DNA of 64,000 bases, taken from Candidatus Poribacteria bacterium. GTDB taxonomy: Bacteria > Poribacteria > WGA-4E > JAJDTR01. Made by a program: the position numbers and the translations under genes. Every line of letters begins with the position of its first letter. Within the stretch, counting starts at the first letter, position 1. A model generated the notes under the pieces. The model saw only the letters and a program-made list of their open reading frames with translations. It ran no database searches and was not told where the DNA came from. Positions 41,044-52,025 of this stretch are shown one piece after another. The stretch spans positions 3,872,001 to 3,936,000 of the forward strand of contig CBDCTK010000002.1 of NCBI GenBank assembly GCA_965222225.1, in the 5' to 3' direction.

Positions 41044-41301
41044 TTATTGGAAATAGTCCGCGTTCAGTTGCGTGAAGTGAGTCCATTCCTCCGGAACATC
41101 CTCTTCCATGAAAATCGCTTCTACAGGACATTCAGGTTCGCACACTCCGCAGTCAATGCATTCTTCAGGCTCTATGAAGAGCTGTTTGACGTTCTCAAAA
41201 TCGTCTTCCGATGCCGTCGGGTGAATGCAATCCACGGGACACACATCAACACAGGCAGTATCCTTAACATCAATACACGGTTCTGTAATCACGTAGGTCA
41301 T
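41044..41301 (-). CDS. fdxA: 7Fe (3Fe-4S/4Fe-4S) ferredoxin
   Basis: MTYVITEPC, CVDVCPVDCI and CIDCGVCEPECPVEAI motifs. Confidence 0.92.
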   Translation of the reverse strand: MTYVITEPCIDVKDTACVDVCPVDCIHPTASEDDFENVKQLFIEPEECIDCGVCEPECPVEAIFMEEDVPEEWTHFTQLNADYFQ

Positions 41302-41654
41302 TTCACAAACACTCCGTAGTCAATTTATTGCCAAGGCTAATGAGCCTTTTGCGCCAAGATGAGTTCACGAATGTCTTGGTTTATATTCCCCATCCAAGCA
41401 ATTTAATCATATCACATCCGCAGGATATTGTCAAATGGATTCACCGGTTTTTGCGGGGCAATTACGTCTAATTTTTGATTGTAAAGGCGTCCTCTGCATC
41501 GCCTCGATTGGACGTGCAACGCGAGGAGAAGTCACGATGCGCAATTGTCAAGCCACCAATCCGCGCTCCGTCAAATCACCTTGACACTATTCCCGTGCCG
41601 CTATATAATAGCCCGCGTACATTCTACTAGGAATCTAATTTCACGGAGGCGGAG

Positions 41655-43037
41655 ATGTCCACATTTGACGTTGCTATTATTGGCGGTGGACCCGGAGGTT
41701 ATGTTGCGGCGATTAAAACCGCGCAATTGGGCGGCACGGTTTGCTTGATTGAACAGGGGGATTGGGGCGGCACCTGCCTGAATCGCGGGTGCATTCCGAC
41801 CAAAACACTCTATGCTGTCGCCAATCTGATGACCCAAATTCACGACGCTGGGGGGTTTGGTATCAAGATTCAGGGCGCCGAAATTGACTATCCCCGAGTT
41901 TTGGTTCACAAGAATGAGACCGTCACGAAACTGACAAGGGGCATCGGGCAACTGCTGAAAGGGAATGGGGTGAACACAATCAACGGTTTTGGTAGGCTGA
42001 CCGGTGTTGACACGATTGAAGTGAACAAAGCCGATGGGTCGCTGGAACAGATTAGCGCGTCGAAAATCATTCTCGCCACCGGCTCCGAGCCGGCGAATAT
42101 TCCGATCTTCGAAATTGATGAGCAGCAGGTGTTGACTACAACCGGTATGTTGGAATTGCCCGAGCTGCCGGAAAGTCTAATCATAGTCGGCGCCGGTGTT
42201 TCGGGTTGCGAGTTTGCGTCCATTTTCAATGGACTGGGCTGCCAAATTACCGTCCTTGAACTTCTGCCGACCATTCTTGCCGCCGAGGATGTTCAGGTTG
42301 TCAGGCATGTTCAACAGTCGATGAAACGAAAAGGCATCGTAATCAAAACCGGAGCCAACGTAACGCATGTTGAGAAATCGGAAGCCGGGGTTAAGGCTAC
42401 GCTGGAGTCCGGCGAAGAGTTTTCGGCTGAAAAAATGTTGATTTCCATAGGACGACGATTGAACTCCGAGAACATCGGGCTGGAGCACGCGGGAGTTCGG
42501 ACGGAAAAAGGAAAGATTCTTGTCAACGAACTGATGGAAACTAACGTCCCGGGCATTTATGCTGTAGGTGATGTGTGTAGTCGTTACGCACTAGCGCATG
42601 TGGCATCGGCAGAAGGGGTTGTGGCAGCGCGAAACTGCATCGGGGAAGAGACCGAAATGGACTATGGCACTGTCCCTTGGTGCGTCTTCACGATTCCCGA
42701 AATCGCGAGAGTGGGGATGACCGAGAACGAAGCAACCTCGGAAGGGTACGAGGTTAAGGTGGGAAGATTCCCTTATGCCGCAAGCGGTAAAGCGATCGGC
42801 ATGCGCGAAACAGACGGATTTGTTAAAATCGTCTCCGACTCCGATTCTGGAGATATCCTAGGTGTACATATTGTCGGAGCGCACGCATCCGATCTCATCC
42901 ACGAAGCCGTTGTGGCAATCGGCTTGGGGGCATCTGTGGAAGAGTTAGCTCACACAATCCACGCTCACCCGACCCTCGGCGAGTCTGTTATGGAATCGGC
43001 TGAAGCGGCGTACAATCGCGCAATTCACATCATGTAA
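41655..43037 (+). CDS. lpdA: Dihydrolipoyl dehydrogenase
   Basis: GGGPGGY, GGTCLNRGCIP and HAHPTLGE motifs. Confidence 0.96.
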   Translation: MSTFDVAIIGGGPGGYVAAIKTAQLGGTVCLIEQGDWGGTCLNRGCIPTKTLYAVANLMTQIHDAGGFGIKIQGAEIDYPRVLVHKNETVTKLTRGIGQLLKGNGVNTINGFGRLTGVDTIEVNKADGSLEQISASKIILATGSEPANIPIFEIDEQQVLTTTGMLELPELPESLIIVGAGVSGCEFASIFNGLGCQITVLELLPTILAAEDVQVVRHVQQSMKRKGIVIKTGANVTHVEKSEAGVKATLESGEEFSAEKMLISIGRRLNSENIGLEHAGVRTEKGKILVNELMETNVPGIYAVGDVCSRYALAHVASAEGVVAARNCIGEETEMDYGTVPWCVFTIPEIARVGMTENEATSEGYEVKVGRFPYAASGKAIGMRETDGFVKIVSDSDSGDILGVHIVGAHASDLIHEAVVAIGLGASVEELAHTIHAHPTLGESVMESAEAAYNRAIHIM

Positions 43038-43156
43038 CATCGTAGATTGGGTTGAGCGGACATCAACTGAATTTGATCGATCCTTCGAGAGAATCCTGTT
43101 TTTCCGATGCTCCGCTTCAGTACAAAAATGTAGCGAAACCCAACTGCGCGCCTTCT

Positions 43157-43220
43157 GTAGGAGCGATCTCCCGATCGCGACCACCAAATCGTAGCTTTTG
43201 TAGGGTGGGCACCGCCCACC
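43157..43220. repeat. GTAG-type REP hairpins (empty sites)
   Basis: GTAGGAGCGATCTCCCGATCGCGAC and GTAGGGTGGGCACCGCCCACC; the latter recurs at about 62360. Confidence 0.75.
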
Positions 43221-43319
43221 ATTTCCATACCGCGTTGCTCTCACCACATACCGAGTTCAAACTGCCATTGCAATTCAACCGCGATGCGGTTAATGGTAAC
43301 TTGAAATCCTTGCGAGGTT

Positions 43320-44225
43320 TCAGTACCGCGTTGATTCCCGTAGTTCCTGGTACCGACGGTCAATCTCCGCACGTTTCAAGATACGCTGACGATTCAAGCT
43401 GAAGTCTTCGACATTGAATGACGCAACGATTGTGCCGTACATGATGGCTTGTCGGACGGTTTCCTCGGCGATATCGTCGACCGAAGCGACATAACCAAGG
43501 AATCCGCCGGCAAAGCTATCACCCGCCCCGGTCGGGTCGCACACCGATTCAAGCGGATGAGCCGGAGCCGAAAAAAAGGTCGTCTCGGTGAGGGACATGG
43601 CGCCGTGCTCGCCCTTTTTGACGATCACTCGACTCGGTCCAAAAGTAAGGATTTTCTTGGCAGCGGAGATTAAGTTGTTTTCCTCGGTCAACAGTCGTGC
43701 CTCGGCATCGTTTAGGATCAATATGTCTACCATCCCAAGCGTTTGCATCAGCGCTGCACGACTGTTGTCAATCCAGAGGTTCATCGTGTCGCAAACGACT
43801 AGTTTCGGTTGATTGACCTGTCCGAGAACGTTGAGTTGTAGCTCCGGATTAATGTTTGCCAAAAAAACGTATGGAGTGTCCCGATAAGACTCCGGCAATT
43901 TTGGCTGGAAGTCTCCGTACACATTGAGATCGGTAAACAGTGTAGATGCCGAATTCAGATCGTCGGTGTAGCGCCCTCCCCAACGGAAAGTTTGCCCGCC
44001 TTCCACTCGCTCCAACCCTTCAATGTTAATCTGTCGCGATTCAAGGAATGCGAGATGCTCCTGTGGAAAATCGTCGCCGACGACAGCGACCATTCGTATG
44101 GAATCCGAAAAGAAACTAGCGGCAGTTGAAAAGTAAATCGCAGATCCGCCGAGGGCGTCTTCGACTCGACCAGCGGGTGTTTCAACCGAATCTAGCGCCG
44201 CAGATCCGACAACCAAGATACTCAT
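43320..44225 (-). CDS. PfkB-family carbohydrate/nucleoside kinase
   Basis: LGGSA and DPTGAGDSFAGG motifs. Confidence 0.9.
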   Translation of the reverse strand: MSILVVGSAALDSVETPAGRVEDALGGSAIYFSTAASFFSDSIRMVAVVGDDFPQEHLAFLESRQINIEGLERVEGGQTFRWGGRYTDDLNSASTLFTDLNVYGDFQPKLPESYRDTPYVFLANINPELQLNVLGQVNQPKLVVCDTMNLWIDNSRAALMQTLGMVDILILNDAEARLLTEENNLISAAKKILTFGPSRVIVKKGEHGAMSLTETTFFSAPAHPLESVCDPTGAGDSFAGGFLGYVASVDDIAEETVRQAIMYGTIVASFNVEDFSLNRQRILKRAEIDRRYQELRESTRY

Positions 44226-44269
44226 CTGGATGAAACCTCAAGAAAAATGATGAAAGAGCGCGGTGCGTT

Positions 44270-44516
44270 TAGCTCGACTTTGTAAAAAAGTACAATTCTG
44301 AATTGCCATCTTGTAGGGTGCGATCAAAGGAATGAATAATGACTGCGATAGAGATTCCCTGCGCACCAGCCTCTAAAAGCCCCAGAGTGGGATCAAGGGA
44401 GCGAATAGTGAGTGCGATAGAAACCTGACAGGTATGTAGCAGCCAACAATGAAAACATGAAAAAACTTTCTCAAAATCTCAAAAATGGCTTTGCCACCGA
44501 TTCTTCAAACAGGTTC
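44270..44516. mobile_element. MITE-related repeat with two micro-elements (44324-44358, 44393-44426)
   Basis: Right half matches the 28139/47516 MITE and ends TTCAAACAGGTTC|TAA; left end unclear. Confidence 0.7.
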
Positions 44517-44633
44517 TAAGAGATGATGGAAGAAACTGGTCTGCATGGGAACGAGCGAACTAGCAAACTACGCGCTCGGTCTGGATTTGCCAATCCAGAC
44601 CGAGCAGTGAGGGCGCGCACCGAAAAATTCGTC

Positions 44634-44852
44634 TCAGCGATTTCTGTTTTCGCGGAATGCCGCCACCATCCTCCGAACACGCCGTATCAGAATTGTAACA
44701 AGTACAACGAGCACGACAAATTGCAATACCCGAAGCAGGTTAAGTACCCCGCTGGGCATGTCAACCTCTCTTGATTGCGCCAACCAGATTGGAAGAAGCG
44801 CGACAGCCGACACGAGCAGTATCCAATTTTCCCAACGATCCCACGTTTTCAT
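44634..44852 (-). CDS. Small two-TM membrane protein
   Basis: RBS GGAGG; two hydrophobic helices; co-oriented with ahcY. Confidence 0.65.
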   Translation of the reverse strand: MKTWDRWENWILLVSAVALLPIWLAQSREVDMPSGVLNLLRVLQFVVLVVLVTILIRRVRRMVAAFRENRNR

Positions 44853-44908
44853 GAGAGCAAAACCTCCAAATCAATCTCTAGCTGCTAACGCTTAAACTCG
44901 CCATTGGA

Positions 44909-46171
44909 TCAGGTACCCATTGTCCAAGAACTCAGATAGGTATGTTGTTCTTCCGTAAGTTCGTCAATCTCAACACCAAGCGCATGAAGTTTCATCTCGG
45001 CAATCGATGTATCAATCCCTTCCGGAACAACATACACGCTTTTCTCCAGGCTTTCGTGGTTTTTTACGATATACTCAGCCGACAGAGCCTGATTCGCAAA
45101 ACTCATGTCCATGACACTCGCCGGGTGGCCCTCCGCCGAAGTGAGGTTAATGAGTCGTCCTTCGCCCAGAAGATGGAGTTTGCGCCCATCCCTCAACGTG
45201 TACTCTTCGACATATTTCCGCACAACCTTCTTTTCTACGCTTAGTTCCTCAAGATCGTCAATGTTGATTTCGACATTAAAGTGACCCGAATTGCAAATGA
45301 CTGCGCCATCCTTCATCACTTCAAAATGTTCGCGTCGAAGAACGTGTATGTCTCCCGTGATGGTCACTACAACGTCCGCCTCGGTCACGGCTTTGGTCAT
45401 CGGTAGAACGCGGAAACCGTCCATTACTGCCTCAAGCGCGTTAAGGGCATCGACTTCGGTGACGATGACATTTGCGCCCAAGCCGCGCGCTCTGTTGGCG
45501 AATCCTCGGCCGCACCAGCCATAGCCGGCTACGACAACCGTTGCACCCGCGATTAACAGATTCGTTGCGCGAATGATGCCGTCCAGCGTGCTCTGACCCG
45601 TACCGTACCGATTGTCGAATAAGTGCTTCGTTTTGGCGTCATTCACCGCGATGATGGGATACTTTAAGACGCCTTCGTTCGCCATGCTTTTCAGGCGAAT
45701 CACTCCCGTTGTTGTTTCCTCGGTCCCCGCAAACACATTTTCGACAAAGCCGGGGTTCATATCCTCGGCATGAAGTCGAGAGACAAGATCCGCGCCGTCG
45801 TCCATGGTGATCATCGGTCCCGAATTGATAGCGGCATCAATATGCTGATAGTAGGTTTCGGTGTCTTCGCCGTTGATGGCAAACACCGGTATTCCATCGT
45901 GCACGACCAGTGATGCCGCCACATCATCCTGCGTGCTCAATGGATTCGAGGCGCACAAAACCACCTCCGCTCCGCCCGCTTTCAGTGCTCGCATAAGGTT
46001 CGCGGTTTCCGTTGTAACGTGCAAACACGCCGCCACCCTTATCCCCTCCAGCGGACGGTCTTCCTCGAAACGCTCGCGAATCAGGCGGAGTACAGGCATA
46101 AAGCGATCCGCCCAGTCAATACGTCGTTTTCCTTCTGCTGCCAAGTTGCGACTCTTAATATCGCAGTCCAT
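44909..46171 (-). CDS. ahcY: Adenosylhomocysteinase
   Basis: [32 protein letters not shown] and GHP..VMDMSF motifs. Confidence 0.97.
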   Translation of the reverse strand: MDCDIKSRNLAAEGKRRIDWADRFMPVLRLIRERFEEDRPLEGIRVAACLHVTTETANLMRALKAGGAEVVLCASNPLSTQDDVAASLVVHDGIPVFAINGEDTETYYQHIDAAINSGPMITMDDGADLVSRLHAEDMNPGFVENVFAGTEETTTGVIRLKSMANEGVLKYPIIAVNDAKTKHLFDNRYGTGQSTLDGIIRATNLLIAGATVVVAGYGWCGRGFANRARGLGANVIVTEVDALNALEAVMDGFRVLPMTKAVTEADVVVTITGDIHVLRREHFEVMKDGAVICNSGHFNVEINIDDLEELSVEKKVVRKYVEEYTLRDGRKLHLLGEGRLINLTSAEGHPASVMDMSFANQALSAEYIVKNHESLEKSVYVVPEGIDTSIAEMKLHALGVEIDELTEEQHTYLSSWTMGT

Positions 46172-46181
46172 TTCTTCTCCT

Positions 46182-47330
46182 TCAAATTCCGGCTTCCGAT
46201 TTAAGCAAATCGGTGTAATCTGTTAATTCCCACGTAAAGCCTGGTTCATTCCGTCCAAAATGTCCGTAACTTGCCGTATTTTTGTAGATTGGCTTTCGCA
46301 AATCAAGTCGCTGGATGATTCCGTATGGTGTCAAATCGAACTGTTTCTGAACAAGGGTTGTAAGTTGCTCATCCTCAATTTTGCCCGTGCCGAAAGTCTC
46401 TACCATGATTGAAATGGGTTCTTCCACTCCAATGGCGTAGGAAACCTCCACTTCGCATCGATCCGCGAGTTCGGCGGCAACAATATTCTTTGCCACATGT
46501 CGAGCGGCGTAGCATGCGCTCCGGTCAACCTTTGTCGGATCTTTGCCGGAAAACGCTCCGCCGCCGTGCCTGCCCATCCCGCCATACGTATCGGCAATAA
46601 TCTTTCTCCCGGTTAAGCCCGAATCACCTTGCGGTCCTCCTACGACAAACCTGCCGGTCGGATTGATGTGATATTTGATGTCCGCACCTCGTAGATCGTC
46701 GGGAATGACACGTTTGATAATCTCTTCCACCACACCCTCTTTCAACACCCCGTCGGGCACGTCCGGATGGTGTTGGGTAGAGATGACCACTGTGCCCACA
46801 TTAACAGGTCTTCCATTTTGGTATTCGACCGTCACCTGAGATTTTCCGTCCGGGCGAAGAAATTCAAGTATACCTGCTTTCCGTGCTTCAGCGAGACGCC
46901 GCGTGAGTTTATGTGCCAGAGTAATGGGCATCGGCATCAATTCCGGCGTTTCGTTACACGCGTAGCCGAACATCATACCTTGATCGCCCGCGCCTCGGCG
47001 ATCGACCCCCATCGCAATATCGGGAGATTGTTCGTCAATCGCCGTCAATAATGCGCAGTGATCGCCGTCAAATCCATAGCTGGCATCAATATAGCCAATG
47101 TCTTTTATTACGTTCCGAGCAAGCGACGGATAATCCACATGATTGGCGTGCGTAGTAATCTCACCGGTGATAAGTGCAAGCCCGGTTGTCACGAGAGTCT
47201 CACAGGCGACGCGGCCCATCGGATCTTCCGACATAATTGCGTCGAGTACAGCATCGGAAATCTGATCCGCAACCTTATCCGGATGTCCTTCAGTTATGGA
47301 TTCTGAAGTAAACAAATAGTTTCGGCTCAA
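46182..47330 (-). CDS. metK: S-adenosylmethionine synthetase
   Basis: FTSES.TEGHPDK, GAGDQG and [16 protein letters not shown] motifs. Confidence 0.97.
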   Translation of the reverse strand: MSRNYLFTSESITEGHPDKVADQISDAVLDAIMSEDPMGRVACETLVTTGLALITGEITTHANHVDYPSLARNVIKDIGYIDASYGFDGDHCALLTAIDEQSPDIAMGVDRRGAGDQGMMFGYACNETPELMPMPITLAHKLTRRLAEARKAGILEFLRPDGKSQVTVEYQNGRPVNVGTVVISTQHHPDVPDGVLKEGVVEEIIKRVIPDDLRGADIKYHINPTGRFVVGGPQGDSGLTGRKIIADTYGGMGRHGGGAFSGKDPTKVDRSACYAARHVAKNIVAAELADRCEVEVSYAIGVEEPISIMVETFGTGKIEDEQLTTLVQKQFDLTPYGIIQRLDLRKPIYKNTASYGHFGRNEPGFTWELTDYTDLLKSEAGI

Positions 47331-47354
47331 TTCATGTCTCCTCGTGTATTATAT

Positions 47355-47510
47355 TAACCCAAGTTGCCACCTTTGTAGCACAATCTGTTAGATTGTGCTT
47401 GTGGTGCGCAAACTGTCAGTTTGCGCTACGGAATCTCGGCAATTAATGAACTATTCTCAATTAAAAACGGTGGTGCATGTCTAAAATCTTGTAAGTAGCA
47501 ACTTGGGCTA
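47355..47510. mobile_element. Second MITE-like element, TIR CCCAAGTTGC(C/T)AC, containing an inverted GTAG-REP pair
   Basis: TAACCCAAGTTGCCAC...GTAGCAACTTGGGCTA; related end at 53702. Confidence 0.6.
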
Positions 47511-47515
47511 TTTAA

Positions 47516-47687
47516 GAGCCTGTTTGAAAAGTACATTTGTAGGGTGCGATCGACTGACTGATTAAGGAAGGCGATAGTAAATCTTGATAGAGATCCCGCA
47601 GGTACGTAGCAGACAACAATAACAACATGAAAAAACTTCCTACCAATGACCAAGAATGGCTTTGCTACCAATTATTCAATCAGGCTC
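47516..47687. mobile_element. MITE (TIR GAGCCTG.TTGAA, TAA duplication) with micro-element 47550-47597
   Basis: TAA|GAGCCTGTTTGAA...TTCAATCAGGCTC|TAA. Confidence 0.85.
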
Positions 47688-48389
47688 TAAAGGGCATAAC
47701 GAGCAATCTTCAGCATTAAAGCTCATCTTCCGAGGCGTCTGATAAGTTACGGATTGGAAGGTTGGAGAACTCCTGCCACGCCATCTTGGAAATGTAAATT
47801 CTATTTCCTAAACTTGTCTCAATCTTGATGATGTGCTGCTTTGCACCGCGGATAGTTTGTCTTGATTTTGACTTCGGTTAATTGGTCAATTGAACGCCTC
47901 AAAACCTTCAGATTATCAATCTTACACATTTGTGATTTACTACGGTTATACGCAGAACGGCCAAGCGAGAATATACGATAATTCACATAATCTCTTGAGA
48001 ATATGGGGACGGAAATGAGATAGGCCGACTTATCGTGATCTGATGGAAGGGCTTTCATCAACCGACTTTATTTAGGCGAGGTTTGAAAAACAGAATGAGG
48101 GCAGGACAGCATATATGACACCCAAATGGCAGCCTTGCCAAGGCAAATTACCGCAATGACAAGCGTATGGGCATAGACAATAGCCGAATGGTCCATTGAA
48201 ATATTGAGCCGCTAACCTCCGATTAAAGCCTGAGTCCGACGAAACCGCCGGATGCTAAACCCGACGGTTTGTGGAATCCAAGCTATGCCGCGCCCGCTTG
48301 GACGCGCCATAACGAAGGCGGGATCAATTTTGAAGAATGCGCAATGACAGATTTCTAGAATCCCTTGTCGTGCTGTTGCGGTTAGGGAG

Positions 48390-50396
48390 TTAGCCATCCG
48401 AATTTGGCTTATTTAATTCTTCTTGGAGCAAAGCGCCAAATGTTGCCGGTTCCTCATCCCTACTCTCAGACTGCTCTTCCTGATATTGAATCGTTGATGC
48501 CCGTTCCTGCTCAGCTAGCGCAGCTTTCAAACTTAAACCAATCCGACGCTCGTTGATATCTAGATGAATTACTTTTAGGTTTAATTGATCGCCAATCGAG
48601 ACAATCTCTTCCGGCTTTTCAATTCTTCGATCAGCTAGTTCCGAAATATGTACAAGACCTTCAACGGCATCTTCTAGCTTGGCAAATGCACCGAAACTCG
48701 TCAAGTTCATGATCTCGCCGGTCACCACGGAGCCAATCTTATATTTTTCCGTGACTTGCAACCAAGGGTCTGGTTCGATCTGTTTCAACCCAAGCGATAC
48801 GCGTTGTTCGGCGGGATTAATCTGTAAGACCACGACTTCAACCTCGGCGCCTTCCTTCAAAACCTCGCGAGGATGAACATCGCGCTTGACCCAAGAAAGA
48901 TCCGAGACGTGGATTAGTCCATCAATTCCCTCTTCAATCTCCACGAAAGCGCCGAAATCTGTGAGGTTGCGTATGCGCCCGGTAACCTTTGTCCCAATCG
49001 GATATCTCTCTTCAAGCATTTCCCACGGATTGGGCTCTAACTGCTTAAGTCCAAGAGAAACCCTTTTCGAAGATTTGGTAATATCAAGAACTATTGCCTC
49101 GATCTCGTCATCTTTTGTGACAAACTTGGAAGGTGCGACATTGCTCCGTGTCCATGACATTTCCGAGACGTGAATAAGTCCCTCAACACCCTCTTCCAGC
49201 TCCAAGAATGCCCCATAATTGACAATGTTGACCACTTTTCCTTTGACGGTGGAGCCTATGGGATATTTTACCTCAATACCATCCCAAGGATTTGGCGTCC
49301 TCTGCTTTAACCCTAATGACACTTTCTCCTTTTCGTGGTCAACACCTATGACGAGCACCTCAATCTCGTCACTGATGGAAACGATTTCAGAAGGTTGATT
49401 TACCTTCTTCCACGACATATCGGTTTTGTGGAGGAGACCATCAATGCCACCCAAGTCAACAAAGGCACCGAAAGAAGTGATATTCTTGACAACTCCGGTA
49501 CGGGTCTGTCCAACCTCAAGGCCGCTAAGAAGTTCCGTCTTGCGTGCGACGAGTTCCTCTTCCAGCAACGTCCGCCGGGACAACACGATGTTGTGACGCC
49601 GTTTGTTGAGTTTAACTATCTTAAGTTCAAGCGTCGTCCCAACGTATTTATCCAGATTTGGAATTGGGCGCAATTCTATCTGTGAGGCGGGAAGAAATGC
49701 CCGTAAGGACCCGATATCGACACGAAGCCCACCTTTGATTCTCTCTACGACCTTGCCCTCAATTGTCTGCCCCTGTTCACATGCCACGGCGACATCATCC
49801 CAAATACGAGTCTGATCGGCAAGTTTCTTTGAAAGTATAAGCTGACCGTCGGAATTTTCCCTCCGGACAATGTATACATCAATCTCCTCGCCAACCTGTA
49901 CTTGGGGCAGACCATCTTCTGTTGCCTCAAACTCGGATGACGGAATATATCCTTCGGATTTGAACCCTATGTCAATCATGACTTCGTCACGACCAAACTC
50001 CACAACGGCGCCTTTTACAATCTGTCCCTCGGTAAAAGCTTTGATCGAGTTGTTATACGCCTTTTCGAGAGACTCGCCGCTAAATAGGGATGCGCCGGCA
50101 TCTGGTTCTTTGTCCGCAGTTGGCGTCTCGGAGACCGACTGCTGAGAATCCTCCGGGACCTCGCTAAGCGCAGCGGCTTCTGAAGAAATAGCGGCATCTT
50201 CCTCTACATTTTTAGAAGTGTCAGTATCCTCTGCGTCACCTGTCGAGGTGTCGTCCTCAACGGCGCTCTGCACGCTGCCCTCCGGTTGGTCGCCTTGAGA
50301 CTCGTCCTGAAGGCTTTCTGCGGTATCGGTTTCTGCTTCCATCAAGCTAGTATCTTGATCTGTAGTTGCCCCTTCTTTGTGTGAATCCTCGTTCAT
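48390..50396 (-). CDS. rpsA: 30S ribosomal protein S1 with long acidic N-terminal extension
   Basis: Six S1 repeats (DIGFKSEG, FGAFV..GIDGL.H, RVSLGLKQ). Confidence 0.96.
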   Translation of the reverse strand: MNEDSHKEGATTDQDTSLMEAETDTAESLQDESQGDQPEGSVQSAVEDDTSTGDAEDTDTSKNVEEDAAISSEAAALSEVPEDSQQSVSETPTADKEPDAGASLFSGESLEKAYNNSIKAFTEGQIVKGAVVEFGRDEVMIDIGFKSEGYIPSSEFEATEDGLPQVQVGEEIDVYIVRRENSDGQLILSKKLADQTRIWDDVAVACEQGQTIEGKVVERIKGGLRVDIGSLRAFLPASQIELRPIPNLDKYVGTTLELKIVKLNKRRHNIVLSRRTLLEEELVARKTELLSGLEVGQTRTGVVKNITSFGAFVDLGGIDGLLHKTDMSWKKVNQPSEIVSISDEIEVLVIGVDHEKEKVSLGLKQRTPNPWDGIEVKYPIGSTVKGKVVNIVNYGAFLELEEGVEGLIHVSEMSWTRSNVAPSKFVTKDDEIEAIVLDITKSSKRVSLGLKQLEPNPWEMLEERYPIGTKVTGRIRNLTDFGAFVEIEEGIDGLIHVSDLSWVKRDVHPREVLKEGAEVEVVVLQINPAEQRVSLGLKQIEPDPWLQVTEKYKIGSVVTGEIMNLTSFGAFAKLEDAVEGLVHISELADRRIEKPEEIVSIGDQLNLKVIHLDINERRIGLSLKAALAEQERASTIQYQEEQSESRDEEPATFGALLQEELNKPNSDG

Positions 50397-50599
50397 CAAC
50401 TTATCTGGCTTTATCCGAAAACGTAAAATAATACTTAATCCAACTCAACCAGATTCCTCCTTTGTCATGGATCTATCCTCGGGATAGGTCGTTACCGCCC
50501 AGAATCAATTAAAACCTGTATAGTATAGCATACGCGAATACTGACTTGCAAATGCAAACTTTGGTTCAATCAGAGCAATTGCATCTAATTGTTTCTGGT

Positions 50600-50686
50600 T
50601 ATCGGAGCGCGATAGTAGATCTTGATAGAGTTCCCTTAGAGATTCCAGGGCGATAGAAATCCCATAGAGCTCTCATAGACATTTCC
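50600..50686 (+). repeat. Stack of about six micro-element 3' ends
   Basis: GCGATAGTAGATCTT-GATAGAGTTCCC-TTAGAGATTCC-AGGGCGATAGAAATCCC-ATAGAGCTCTC-ATAGACATTTCC. Confidence 0.75.
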
Positions 50687-50869
50687 AATCGCAATTCGAT
50701 CGTATAATCCTTCGTTGTTAACTCGGATGATTTCTTTCAGTTTCGCTGAATAAACAGGAATTGCGAATTTGATTTGCTTTGACTTTTCTTTTCCCTTTCT
50801 GCTACAATAAGCTGGCAATATCTGTTTAAGATACATAACGAAATTTAGTGTGATGAGAGGAAAATTAAA

Positions 50870-51211
50870 ATGGCAAACGAATCCATGACCGTTCGAGAAA
50901 ATTCCGATGTAACCGTTATTGATGTTCAAGAAGACCTTGGAAGCTATGTGGCTTCGGATTTGCGAGAAACCCTTGAAGATCTTCTCATGAGCAAAACTCA
51001 AAAAATCATCGTAAACCTGGGAAACGTGCAACATATCAACAGTACGGGCGTCGGGGCGATAGTTGGTGCGGCAAAGCGAATTCGCCAATGGGGCGGTGAT
51101 GTAAAAGTGTGTGGGCTTTCGGACAACATTAAACGAACTTTCGATCTCACCGGCGCTTCTAGCGTCGTCGAAATCTATGAGTCGGAAAGCAGCGCGATTT
51201 CCGCTTTTTGA
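50870..51211 (+). CDS. STAS anti-sigma factor antagonist
   Basis: INSTGVG motif; STAS fold pattern. Confidence 0.88.
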   Translation: MANESMTVRENSDVTVIDVQEDLGSYVASDLRETLEDLLMSKTQKIIVNLGNVQHINSTGVGAIVGAAKRIRQWGGDVKVCGLSDNIKRTFDLTGASSVVEIYESESSAISAF

Positions 51212-51442
51212 CGCCGAGTCACAATTCCCTAGATTGCCTAAACGCGTTTATGCACCGCAGTTTTAATCTTGATATGCGTTCAATGACACGCCCGATTCAA
51301 CGTTGAGCCAAAGCCTGAAAGCATGATTTTCGAGACACTAAATGTTCTAAGCGGTTGGTTCGAACTTGTCTCCGTGGCGATAATATATGCGTTACAATCA
51401 GAGTAACAATTCATCCTCAGCACAACAACTCGCGGTAAAAAC

Positions 51443-51910
51443 ATGGGACAAGAGCATATTGAAATCCAGTTCCCCAGCCGTTTGTGGTATATTGAGCCGG
51501 TTCTCGCCCTTCTCAAGCAATTGGCTCAACAACTTGGATTCTGCCAACAGCGCATTGCGGACATTCAGCTTGCGATTGATGAAATCTGTGGGAATGCAAT
51601 TGAACACGGATCGGAAGGCAATGACACGGGAATCACTATCAGTATTGATGTGAACGACCACCAACTTGATATTCTTGTCAGGGACAAAGGAACACAAGAC
51701 AGAGGGGATTGGTTAACAGCGGAAAAACTCAAGGAAATATATCAACGGCGTGCGCCTGACCGAGAACGGGGACATGGAATCTTCATGGTAGAAAAACTAT
51801 CGGACGAAGTGAAAATGGAGCCAAACTCATTTGGCGGTACGGATGTTCGAGTTAGCTTTGGCCTCCCAACCGATGAACTGCGCCCACGGAACACAACACC
51901 CTCCACCTAA
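51443..51910 (+). CDS. Anti-sigma factor kinase (RsbW-like)
   Basis: DEICGNAIEHG, DKG and RGHGIFMV motifs. Confidence 0.88.
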   Translation: MGQEHIEIQFPSRLWYIEPVLALLKQLAQQLGFCQQRIADIQLAIDEICGNAIEHGSEGNDTGITISIDVNDHQLDILVRDKGTQDRGDWLTAEKLKEIYQRRAPDRERGHGIFMVEKLSDEVKMEPNSFGGTDVRVSFGLPTDELRPRNTTPST

Positions 51911-51957
51911 CCAGCCCGTTAGGCAAGTCTCAGCTTGACTTTGTACATTTGTAGAGA

Positions 51958-52010
51958 TCAAACGAGTGGATAGCGAGTGCGATAGCTAATCCCGCGCGAT
52001 AGAAGATTCC
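51958..52010 (+). repeat. Micro-element with extra 3' end
   Basis: TCAAACGAGTGGATAGCGAGTGCGATAGCTAATCCC then GCGCGATAGAAGATTCC. Confidence 0.8.
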
Positions 52011-52025
52011 TTCACGCCCCCTCAA

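Noticed and set aside
44575-44605. Strong hairpin CTCGGTCTGGATT...AATCCAGACCGAG as an intrinsic terminator
   Set aside because: No U-tract, and a related sequence occurs at about 62306, so it is more likely another palindromic repeat.
47720-47750. Minus-strand CTTATC...GATGAG upstream of metK resembling SAM-I riboswitch P1
   Set aside because: Only 13 nt lie between the strands, leaving no room for P2-P4; at most a remnant or a chance hairpin.
47700-48390. ORFs 47819-48061 and 48212-48397 between rpsA and metK
   Set aside because: Short, no recognisable motifs or convincing RBS; no tRNA or known RNA recognised by eye.
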